Source: Geobacter metallireducens GS-15
GTDB taxonomy: Bacteria; Desulfobacterota; Desulfuromonadia; Geobacterales; Geobacteraceae
Length of the DNA: 32,000 bases
Direction: 5' to 3'
Assembly (NCBI RefSeq): GCF_000012925.1
Contig: NC_007517.1
Coordinates: 570,001-602,000 of the forward strand
Shown here: positions 14,817 through 22,625 of the stretch, in pieces
Layout of the letters: every line of letters starts with the position of its first letter
Position numbering within the stretch: the stretch's first letter is position 1
Translations under genes and position numbers: made by a program
Notes under the pieces: generated by a model
Databases searched by the model: none
What the model was told of the DNA's origin: nothing
Seen by the model: only the letters and a program-made list of their open reading frames with translations

Positions 14817-15404
14817 ATGAAGAGAACCAAGCCCCACAGCCGGGAGCAACTCGTGCTCGCCGCCTTCCTCATCGCCGCCATTGTGTTCGGCCTCCTGTTT
14901 TTCGGCAAGTACCAAGCGAGCCGCGAGCTTCCCACGACCAAGCCGGAGCCGAAACCGGTGGGCACCGTCCAGGTGACCCTCTTCTTTGCCACTCCCGACG
15001 CCGAGGGGCTCGGCCGCGAGGGGCGCCAGATGGCGGCCTGCGAATCCCTTCCCGAGTGCGTCGAGTCCCTCGTGGACGAGGTGGCCAATGGCCCCGTGGG
15101 GGACCTCCATCCGACCCTCCCCCCCAATGCCGTGGTGCATGATGTGCGGATCGAGGGGGATACGGCCGTGGTGGATTTCGGCGACGATCTCCTGAAGGGG
15201 CTTCCCGGCGGGAGTTCCGCCGAGATGGCCGCGGTCTACTCGGTTGTCAATACCATCTGCCTCAACTACCCCCAGATCAAGGGGGTCAAGTTTCTCGTCG
15301 ACGGCGCAGAGGTTGAGACCCTTACGGGACACCTGGACCTGCGCCTTCCCATCCCCCCCGATTTCTCCCTGGAAAAAAATAACAAAAAGGTGGCGACGCC
15401 ATGA
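14817..15404 (+). CDS. GerMN-domain protein (N-terminal membrane anchor)
   Basis: AGGAG RBS and the TM segment LVLAAFLIAAIVFGLLFF. The GerMN-like pattern runs VTLFF...DTAVVDF...SSAEMAAVYSVVNTI...IKGVKFLVDG. Confidence 0.8.
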   Translation: MKRTKPHSREQLVLAAFLIAAIVFGLLFFGKYQASRELPTTKPEPKPVGTVQVTLFFATPDAEGLGREGRQMAACESLPECVESLVDEVANGPVGDLHPTLPPNAVVHDVRIEGDTAVVDFGDDLLKGLPGGSSAEMAAVYSVVNTICLNYPQIKGVKFLVDGAEVETLTGHLDLRLPIPPDFSLEKNNKKVATP

Positions 15405-17815
15405 AAACACCCTTTCTGCAGGCGATCAAAGAACGGGTCCTGGTCCTTGACGGGGCCATGGGGACCATGCTCCAGGAGCGGGGGCTGCGCCCCGGCCAGT
15501 CCCCCGAAGAGCTGAACCTCACCATGCCCGACGTGGTGGCCGGGGTCCATCGGGAATATCTGGAGGCTGGGGCCGACATCATCGTCACCAACACCTTCGG
15601 CGGCACCCGCCCCAAGCTGGAGCACTACGGCCTGGAGGAGAAGGTCCGCGAGATCAACGCCCGGGCCGTGGAGATCGCCCGGGAGGTTTGCGGCGACCGG
15701 GCCTACGTGGCCGCCTCCATGGGGCCCACGGGGCTCTTCGTGGAGCCGGTGGGGGAGGCGACCTTCGACGCCATGGCCGCCTTCTTCCGGGAACAGGCCG
15801 CGGCCCTCATCGAAGCCGGCGCCGACCTCATCACCCTGGAGACCTTCCTCGACATCAAGGAGATCCGGGCAGCGGTCATCGCCATCCGTGAGGTCTCTCC
15901 CACGATCCCCGTCATCGCCCAGCTCACCTTCGACAACGAGGGACGCACTGTCCTCGGCACCCCCCCCGAAGCGGCGGCCGTGACCCTAGCGGCGGCCGGG
16001 GCCGACATCGTCGGCTCCAACTGCGGTCTCGGTCCCGATGGCATCTGCGCCGTCCTGGGAGCCATGCGTGGGGTGACCCGGCTTCCCCTCATTTCCCAGG
16101 CCAACGCGGGGCTGCCGAAGCTGGTGGACGGCAAGACCGTCTTCCCCGGCACCCCCGACGACATGACCGCCTTCCACGACCGGATGCTGGGACTGAACGT
16201 GCGGGTCATTGGCGGTTGCTGCGGCACCACCCCGACCCACATCCGGGCCATCAAGGAGGCCCTGGCGGGGCGCGACCAGTCGTGGCGCGACTGCGGCCCC
16301 CCGGCCGGGGTCACGTTCCTGGCGAGCCGCACCTCGGTCGTCGCCCTCGGCGGGGGCCTTCCCGCGGCCATCATCGGCGAGCGGATCAACCCCACCGGCA
16401 AGAAGGCCTTTGCCCAGGAGCTGCGGGAGGGGAAGATTACCACCATCCGCCGCGAGGCCATGGAACAGACGGCTGCCGGCGCCCACCTCCTGGACGTGAA
16501 CGTGGGGACCCCGGGGATCGACGAGCCTGCCGCCATGGAGCGGGCGGTCTTCTGTGTTACCGGAAGCGTCGCCGTGCCGCTGGTCCTCGATTCTTCCGAT
16601 CCGGCGGCCCTGGAACGGGGACTCAAGGCGGCCGACGGCAAGGTTCTCGTGAACTCCGTGAACGGCGAGACGAAGAGCATCGAGCGGGTCCTCCCCCTGG
16701 TGAAGAAGTACGGCGCCGCCGTCATCGGCCTGGCCCTGGACGAGACCGGTATCCCCGAGACCGCCGAGGGGCGCCTGGCCGTGGCGGAACGGATCGTGGC
16801 CGCTGCGGAAGGGCGCGGCATCTCCCGCAACGACGTGGTGATTGATTGCCTGACCCTCACCGTGAGCGCTGAGCAGAAGCGGGCCATGGAAACCCTGCGG
16901 GCGGTGCGCCTCGTGAAGGAGATCATTGGCTGCCCCACGGTCCTCGGCGTCAGCAACATCTCCTTCGGCCTTCCCCGCCGTCCCCTCATCTCTTCGGCCT
17001 TCTTCGCCATGGCCTTGGCCGCGGGGCTCGACGCCGCCATCGTCAACCCGAAGGAGGAGGAGATGATGGCGGCCTGGCGTTCGGCCATGGTCCTCCTGAA
17101 CCGGGACCCCAGCGCTGCCGCGTACATCGCTGCCTACGCCGGGACGGCCGCCGCTGCCCCTGAACCGGCAGCGTCCGGCGAGGCCCTCGACATTCGGGAG
17201 CGCTTGAAGCGTGCCGTCATCACCGGCGACAGGGAGAATATCGTTGCGTTGGTTGAGGAGGCGCTTGGCCAGGGGCTCGAACCGCTCCAGGTGAGCAACG
17301 AAGGGCTCCTCCCCGGCCTGGAGGAGGTGGGGCGGCGCTTCGAGAAGAACCTCGTCTTCCTTCCCCAGGTGATGCAGTCGGCCGACACGATGCAGGCCGC
17401 CTTCGGCCGCCTCAGGGAGGTCATGAAGGGTTCTCCCGCCGCCAGCCGGGGGAAGATCCTCATGGCCACCGTCGAGGGGGACATCCACGATATCGGCAAG
17501 AATATCGTCTGCACGCTCCTGGAGAACCACGGCTTCGAGGTGATCGATCTGGGGAAGAACGTCCCTGCCGACCGGATCGTGGGAAAGGCCCGGGAATTGG
17601 GCGTCGATGCCGTGGGGCTCTCGGCCCTCATGACCACCACCATGACCGAGATGGAGAATGTGATTGCGCGGCTGAAGGAGGCCGGCATCCGGACGTTCAC
17701 CATGGTGGGGGGGGCGGTGGTGACCCAGGAGTACGCCGACGAGATTGGCGCCGATCTCTACGCCCGGGACGCCATGGAGGCGGTGGCGCGGATCAAGGCG
17801 CTGCTGGAGAAGTAG
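15401..17815 (+). CDS. metH: Methionine synthase, short form (Hcy-binding + pterin-binding + B12-binding domains, no reactivation domain)
   Basis: LVLDGAMGTML and GGCCGTTPTHI mark the homocysteine / Zn domain. IGERINPTGKK marks the pterin-binding domain. EGDIHDIGKN is the D-x-H-x-x-G B12 motif. The protein is 804 aa and ends just after the B12 domain. Confidence 0.9.
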   Translation: MKTPFLQAIKERVLVLDGAMGTMLQERGLRPGQSPEELNLTMPDVVAGVHREYLEAGADIIVTNTFGGTRPKLEHYGLEEKVREINARAVEIAREVCGDRAYVAASMGPTGLFVEPVGEATFDAMAAFFREQAAALIEAGADLITLETFLDIKEIRAAVIAIREVSPTIPVIAQLTFDNEGRTVLGTPPEAAAVTLAAAGADIVGSNCGLGPDGICAVLGAMRGVTRLPLISQANAGLPKLVDGKTVFPGTPDDMTAFHDRMLGLNVRVIGGCCGTTPTHIRAIKEALAGRDQSWRDCGPPAGVTFLASRTSVVALGGGLPAAIIGERINPTGKKAFAQELREGKITTIRREAMEQTAAGAHLLDVNVGTPGIDEPAAMERAVFCVTGSVAVPLVLDSSDPAALERGLKAADGKVLVNSVNGETKSIERVLPLVKKYGAAVIGLALDETGIPETAEGRLAVAERIVAAAEGRGISRNDVVIDCLTLTVSAEQKRAMETLRAVRLVKEIIGCPTVLGVSNISFGLPRRPLISSAFFAMALAAGLDAAIVNPKEEEMMAAWRSAMVLLNRDPSAAAYIAAYAGTAAAAPEPAASGEALDIRERLKRAVITGDRENIVALVEEALGQGLEPLQVSNEGLLPGLEEVGRRFEKNLVFLPQVMQSADTMQAAFGRLREVMKGSPAASRGKILMATVEGDIHDIGKNIVCTLLENHGFEVIDLGKNVPADRIVGKARELGVDAVGLSALMTTTMTEMENVIARLKEAGIRTFTMVGGAVVTQEYADEIGADLYARDAMEAVARIKALLEK

Positions 17816-17821
17816 GCGTAA

Positions 17822-17845
17822 CTGGCCGATTCGGCTGGGTATTTT
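17822..17845 (+). terminator. Weak candidate terminator after metH
   Basis: CTGGCCG-att-CGGCTGG forms a 7-bp stem that includes two G-U pairs. It is followed by gtaTTTT. The loop is only 3 nt. Confidence 0.3.
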
Positions 17846-17915
17846 CAGTCCTTGCAACCGTGGGGCTATCCGTGATAGTTTTAATCGGTTACGTCATTTG
17901 ACGGACAGGTGCCCC

Positions 17916-18335
17916 ATGGTCGTCGGATTCAATCACAACGTCATGTACAAGGGAGAGGTCTTCCACGTCCAGACCGAGGACAGCGGGATCGCCAATCCCC
18001 ACATCGTTACCCTCATCTATCGGGAGGGGACGATTATCGCCGCCCGCAAGACGAGCTATGCCGACATCATCAAGGTGGATAACCTGGAGCGGGTAGTCGA
18101 GGAGCTCATGAAGGAGCAGCACAAGGGGATGCTCCGGAGGCTCAAGAACGGTGAATTCGATGCCAAGGCATTCCCTCCTTCCCGCATCGCTCCGGCTGCC
18201 CAGCCGGCGCCGAAACCCGCCCTCGCGCCCCAACCAGCTTCCGTCGCACCTCCCAAACCCCCAACCAAACCACAGGAAAAACCGTCCAGTCTCGACGACG
18301 TCATCCTCGACTTCCTCTTGACGGACGATAAATGA
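17916..18335 (+). CDS. Hypothetical protein with a Pro/Ala-rich C-terminal half
   Basis: ORF 17745-18335 trimmed to the ATG at 17916 (MVVGFNHNVMYKGEVFHVQTEDSG...). The upstream part of the ORF overlaps the metH end and the intergenic region. No recognisable catalytic motif. Confidence 0.65.
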   Translation: MVVGFNHNVMYKGEVFHVQTEDSGIANPHIVTLIYREGTIIAARKTSYADIIKVDNLERVVEELMKEQHKGMLRRLKNGEFDAKAFPPSRIAPAAQPAPKPALAPQPASVAPPKPPTKPQEKPSSLDDVILDFLLTDDK

Positions 18336-19192
18336 CCATCAGTATGGAAAGGAACATCGTGGACAGCGAAAAGATTGCTCAACTCCAGGAGAAGGCCCGG
18401 CAACTCCGGGTCGACATCGTCAAGACCCTCCACAAGTCCCAGTCGGGGCACACGGGAGGCTCCCTCTCGGCCATCGATATGGTTACGGCCCTCTACTTCC
18501 AGGTGATGAAGCACAATCCGGCCGACCCGGCCTGGCCCGGGCGGGACCGTTTCGTCCTCTGCAAGGGGCACGCGGCCCCGGCCCTCTACGTGGCCCTGGC
18601 CGAGGCGGGGTACTTCCCCAAGGAGGACCTCATGACGCTGCGGCGCCTGGGCTCCCATCTCCAGGGGCATCCCGACAGCAAGCAGACCCCCGGTGTCGAG
18701 GTCTGCACCGGCTCCCTGGGGCAGGGGCTTTCCATGGCCAACGGCATGGCCCTGGGGCTTCGTCTTGACGGAAGCTCAAGCCGCGTTTACGCCTTGCTTG
18801 GTGACGGCGAACTCCAGGAGGGGCAAGTCTGGGAGGCCGCCATGGCTGCCGGCCACTACAAGCTCGACAATCTCTGCGCCCTGGTGGATGTGAACCGTCT
18901 CCAGATCGACGGCGAAGTGGCCAAGGTCATGGCCGTGGAGCCGGTCACCGACAAGTTCCGGGCCTTTGGCTGGAACGTGATCGACATTGACGGCCACGAC
19001 ATGGGAGCCATCGTGACCGCCCTGGGACAGGCCGCCGAGGCCAAGGGGAAGCCGACCGTAATCGTTGCCCGTACCGTCAAGGGGAAAGGGGTTTCGTTCT
19101 TTGAGAACAAGGCTTCCTACCACGGCGTTGCCCCCAGTGACGAGGAGCTTCCCAAGGCACTGGAGTGCCTGGGCGAACAGTGCTACCTGTAG
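18332..19192 (+). CDS. Transketolase, N-terminal (TPP-binding) subunit
   Basis: Motifs SGHTGGSLS, CKGHAAPALY and GDGELQEG. An ATGA overlap links it to the upstream gene. An alternative ATG lies at 18344. Confidence 0.9.
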   Translation: MTISMERNIVDSEKIAQLQEKARQLRVDIVKTLHKSQSGHTGGSLSAIDMVTALYFQVMKHNPADPAWPGRDRFVLCKGHAAPALYVALAEAGYFPKEDLMTLRRLGSHLQGHPDSKQTPGVEVCTGSLGQGLSMANGMALGLRLDGSSSRVYALLGDGELQEGQVWEAAMAAGHYKLDNLCALVDVNRLQIDGEVAKVMAVEPVTDKFRAFGWNVIDIDGHDMGAIVTALGQAAEAKGKPTVIVARTVKGKGVSFFENKASYHGVAPSDEELPKALECLGEQCYL

Positions 19193-19195
19193 GTA

Positions 19196-19315
19196 GGGCT
19201 GCGGCTTTCACACCGGCTCGCCGCCGTCCTCGTCGCTCCTTTGTGCGGCGTAGCGCTGCTACGCCTCCGCAGTCTCTCCTGCGGGTGCGACGATCCGGCG
19301 CAAAATCCGCAGCCC
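19196..19315 (+). other. 120-nt multi-hairpin element between the transketolase halves
   Basis: The outer 9-bp stem is GGGCTGCGG (19196-19204) with CCGCAGCCC (19307-19315). One inner hairpin is GGCGTAGC-gct-GCTACGCC (19247-19265). The other is CCGCAG-tctctc-CTGCGG (19267-19284). Confidence 0.5.
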
Positions 19316-19382
19316 ACGGGACATTCAATGGACGCAAATGAATTGCGCCCATACACAACTGAACAGAAAGGACATTAACTAT

Positions 19383-20327
19383 ATGAGTACCATGATCGCC
19401 ACCCGCGACGCCTACGGGCAGACCCTGGCGGAGTTGGGGGAGGAAAACAGCAGCATCGTCGTCCTGGACGCCGACCTTTCCGGCTCCACCAAAACCTCCA
19501 CCTTTGCCAAGAAGTTCCCCGAGCGTTTCTTTAACATGGGGATCGCCGAGGCCAACATGGTCGGCACAGCTGCCGGCCTTGCCGCCGCCGGGAAGATTCC
19601 CTTCGTCTCCACCTTCGCCATCTTTGCCGTGGGCCGGGCCTGGGAGCAGGTCCGCCAGTCGGCTGCCTATCCCAAGGCAAATGTGAAGATCGTCGCCACC
19701 CACGGTGGGATCACCGTGGGCGAGGACGGGGGCTCCCATCAGTCGGTGGAGGACATCGCCATCATGCGGGCCGTCCCCAACATGACCGTTATCGTGCCGG
19801 CAGACGGCCCCGAGACCGCCAAGGCGATCCGGGCCGCCGCCGCGTATAAAGGGCCGGTCTACGTGCGGCTTGGCCGCAACAAGGTGCCGACCGTCACCGC
19901 GGCCGATGCTCCCTTCGAGATCGGTAAAGGTGTTCAGTTGGCCGACGGCACGGACCTCACCTTTGTCACCACCGGCCTCATGACCGCCCAGGCCCTGGCC
20001 GCCGCCGAGACCCTGAAAGGCGAGGGGATTTCCGCCCGCGTGGTGCATCTGGCAACCGTAAAACCCCTGGATGGGGATATCCTCCTGAAGGCCGCTCGGG
20101 AGACCGGCGCCATCGTCACCGCCGAAGAGCACTCCATTGTCGGAGGGCTGGGAGGCGCCGTGGCCGAGTTCCTGGCGGAAAACTCCCCCGTTCCCCTGAA
20201 GCGGGTGGGGATCAACGACCGCTTCGGCACCTCCGGCAAGGCAGAGGAACTCCTCAAGTACTTCGGTCTCATGCCGATAGATCTTGTGGAGGCTGCACGG
20301 GGGGTTGTCGCCCGAAAGGGGAAGTGA
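19383..20327 (+). CDS. Transketolase, C-terminal (pyrimidine-binding) subunit
   Basis: ORF 19338-20327 trimmed to the ATG at 19383 (MSTMIATRDAYGQTL...). Motifs FFNMGIAEANMVG and GEDGGSHQSVEDIA. Confidence 0.9.
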   Translation: MSTMIATRDAYGQTLAELGEENSSIVVLDADLSGSTKTSTFAKKFPERFFNMGIAEANMVGTAAGLAAAGKIPFVSTFAIFAVGRAWEQVRQSAAYPKANVKIVATHGGITVGEDGGSHQSVEDIAIMRAVPNMTVIVPADGPETAKAIRAAAAYKGPVYVRLGRNKVPTVTAADAPFEIGKGVQLADGTDLTFVTTGLMTAQALAAAETLKGEGISARVVHLATVKPLDGDILLKAARETGAIVTAEEHSIVGGLGGAVAEFLAENSPVPLKRVGINDRFGTSGKAEELLKYFGLMPIDLVEAARGVVARKGK

Positions 20328-20334
20328 GGTGGCG

Positions 20335-20910
20335 ATGGAGCCCCCCCGCTCCTCCCTGCTGACGTCCTCCTCCGGTTTCACCTACATCGCCGCCCTCATG
20401 ATCATCGTCATCATGGGGATCATGCTCGGCATCACCGGGCAGACCTGGCGGACAAAGATGAAGCGGGAACGGGAGACGGAACTCCTCTTCCGGGGAGTGC
20501 AGTATCAGCGCGCCATCCGGCGCTGGCACCAGTACGACGTGACGGAAGGGAAGCCGCTCAAGACGACGACGCAGGCCGCCCGCCCCCTCAATGATCTGAA
20601 AGATCTCCTGAAGGATCCCGGCTCCCTGTCCAAGGAGCGCTATCTGCGCCGGCTCTTCACCGATCCGTTTACGGACAAGGAGTTCGAGGTGGTCCGCAAT
20701 CCGCAGAAGGGGATCATCGGCGTTCGTGTAACCGAAGAGGATGAACCCTTTAAACAGGGGAACTTCGACAAGGAGCTGGAAGGGCTCGATCAGAAAAAAA
20801 AGTACAACGAATGGGTCTTTGGCCTTCCCGAAGCCGTGACCCCAACAGCCGGCAAGGTCACGCAGGGTTCACCCGCCAGCGCCGGCGCTGGCACTTCGTC
20901 GGTGCCGTGA
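20335..20910 (+). CDS. Prepilin-type N-terminal domain protein (pseudopilin-like)
   Basis: ORF 20284-20910 trimmed to the ATG at 20335 (GAGGTG RBS). The N-terminus ...SSSG/FTYIAALMIIVIMGIMLG resembles a prepilin cleavage/methylation site plus hydrophobic helix, but Ala replaces the usual Glu at +5. Confidence 0.7.
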   Translation: MEPPRSSLLTSSSGFTYIAALMIIVIMGIMLGITGQTWRTKMKRERETELLFRGVQYQRAIRRWHQYDVTEGKPLKTTTQAARPLNDLKDLLKDPGSLSKERYLRRLFTDPFTDKEFEVVRNPQKGIIGVRVTEEDEPFKQGNFDKELEGLDQKKKYNEWVFGLPEAVTPTAGKVTQGSPASAGAGTSSVP

Positions 20911-21017
20911 TCCGTCATGGCATCGCCCTTCTGGTGGAGCGGCATGCAGTGGATTGACATCAGCGCAGCGCAGTTGCCCCTGCAAGGATTCCCCGGCTCC
21001 GCCACCTCGGAGGTAGG

Positions 21018-22517
21018 TTGATCTTCAAAAGCCTGACAACGAGAGTTATCGTAACCCTGGTCGGCCTCCTTTCCGTGGGAATCGGCACCTTTACCTACTT
21101 CAACCTCAAACGGGAAAAAGACCAGCTTGTCAAGGCAACCCGCGAGAATGCCTACCTCCTTCTCGACACTATCGAGCGCAGCATCTACAAGTCCATGAGC
21201 GTTGGTGACACCCAGGATGTGCAGGTCATGCTGCAGATGGTGGGCCATAGCCACAGCAAACTCATCGGCGTCAGGATATTTCATCCCCAGGGAATCGTCC
21301 TCAAGTCGTCCCGGCCCGAGGAGGTGGGGATGCCGGTGCCCGAGGGGGATTACCAACTCTTTATCAACAACCGCAAGGAAGGTGTCTACTCCAGCGACGC
21401 CTTCGGTGAGGTCCTCGGGGTTATCAAGCCGATCTACAACGATGTGCTGTGCCAACGGTGCCACGGCACCAAAAAGCGGCTTATCGGGGTTCTCAACGTC
21501 AACTACTCCCAGGTCGAGACCAACCGCCGGATTCTTGAGGCAACGCGGCTTTCCCTCGTCTCCACCGGTGCGGTCATTCTCTTCTGCGCGGCAGCCATCT
21601 CCCTCGTCATCGTCCGATTTGTCCGGCAACCCTTGAACAACCTCATCGACAGCATGGCGCGGGTGGAGGAGGGAGACCTTTCCGTCCGCATAACCCCTGT
21701 GGCCGAGGACGAGATCGGCCGGCTCATCGTGAGTTTCGACTCCATGGTCGGCAAGCTCGACAAGGCGAAGAGGGAACTGGAAGAGTACCACTTCCAGCAG
21801 ATGGAACGGGCCGATCGTCTGGCCTCGGTGGGGGAAATGGCCGCGGGGATCGCTCACGAAATCAAGAACCCCCTGGCCGGCATCTCGGCGGCCATGACCA
21901 TCATCCGTCAGGATTTTTCCGACGAAGATCCCCGCAAGGAGATCATCGGAGAAGTGGTCGAGCAGGTGAGCCGGCTCGACAAGACGGTGAACGATCTCCT
22001 GTTCTTCGGCAAGCCGACCCCCCCCGAACCGACCTATGCCGACGTGAACGCGATCCTGCGGAAAACCCTCCTCTTCGCCCTGCAGCACAAGGGGGGAAAG
22101 AATATCGCCAAGAGCCTGGATCTTGCCGACGGCCTTCCGGAAATCTTCGTGGACCCGAAGCAGGTGCAGCAGGTTTTCCTGAATCTGATCCTTAACGCCA
22201 TCCAGGCCATGCAGGCCGACGGGGGGACCCTCACCGTGGGGAGTTCCCTGGTGGACCTTGACGGCAAGGGGTGGGTGCGCACCACCATTGCCGACACTGG
22301 CCCCGGCATCCCGGAGCCGATCATCGGCAAAATCTTTACCCCCTTCTTCACCACCAAGGCACAAGGGACGGGGCTTGGACTCGCCATCTGCCACAAGCTC
22401 ATTACCCAGCATGGCGGTACCCTTTCCGTGACCAGCGAAGACGGCAAAGGAACGGTGTTCACCATCGATCTGCCGGTGGCGGCATACGAAGAGGGTGCGC
22501 CGGAAGAAGAGGCATAG
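21018..22517 (+). CDS. Sensor histidine kinase (TM, periplasmic domain with CXXCH, TM, HAMP, HisKA, HATPase)
   Basis: TTG start with GGAGG 4 nt upstream. CQRCH lies at nt 21450-21464, between the two TM helices. HAMP region (RFVRQPLNNLIDSM...). H-box AAGIAHEIKNPL. G-box GTGLGLAICHKL. Confidence 0.9.
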   Translation: MIFKSLTTRVIVTLVGLLSVGIGTFTYFNLKREKDQLVKATRENAYLLLDTIERSIYKSMSVGDTQDVQVMLQMVGHSHSKLIGVRIFHPQGIVLKSSRPEEVGMPVPEGDYQLFINNRKEGVYSSDAFGEVLGVIKPIYNDVLCQRCHGTKKRLIGVLNVNYSQVETNRRILEATRLSLVSTGAVILFCAAAISLVIVRFVRQPLNNLIDSMARVEEGDLSVRITPVAEDEIGRLIVSFDSMVGKLDKAKRELEEYHFQQMERADRLASVGEMAAGIAHEIKNPLAGISAAMTIIRQDFSDEDPRKEIIGEVVEQVSRLDKTVNDLLFFGKPTPPEPTYADVNAILRKTLLFALQHKGGKNIAKSLDLADGLPEIFVDPKQVQQVFLNLILNAIQAMQADGGTLTVGSSLVDLDGKGWVRTTIADTGPGIPEPIIGKIFTPFFTTKAQGTGLGLAICHKLITQHGGTLSVTSEDGKGTVFTIDLPVAAYEEGAPEEEA

Positions 22518-22539
22518 TGGCCGGAGTCGGTCAGGTTTT

Positions 22540-22574
22540 ATTCTGGATTCTGGCTCCTGTATTCTGTATTCTTT
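22540..22574. repeat. Five tandem imperfect heptamers ATTCTGG ATTCTGG CTCCTGT ATTCTGT ATTCTTT
   Basis: Read directly from the kinase / response-regulator intergenic region. Confidence 0.6.
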
Positions 22575-22625
22575 TTTCATTCGGTAATTTCCAGATATCC
22601 GCTTGGTTACGATAAAGGAGCAGAT

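Noticed and set aside
15703-17857. 474-aa and 623-aa reverse-strand ORFs across metH, plus + strand alternate-frame ORFs 16209-16845
   Set aside because: They are antisense or off-frame to a fully motif-supported metH. The products are Arg/Pro/Gly/Ala-rich noise.
19077-20381. 434-aa reverse-strand ORF across the transketolase C-terminal subunit
   Set aside because: It is antisense to a motif-supported transketolase subunit and has no independent support.
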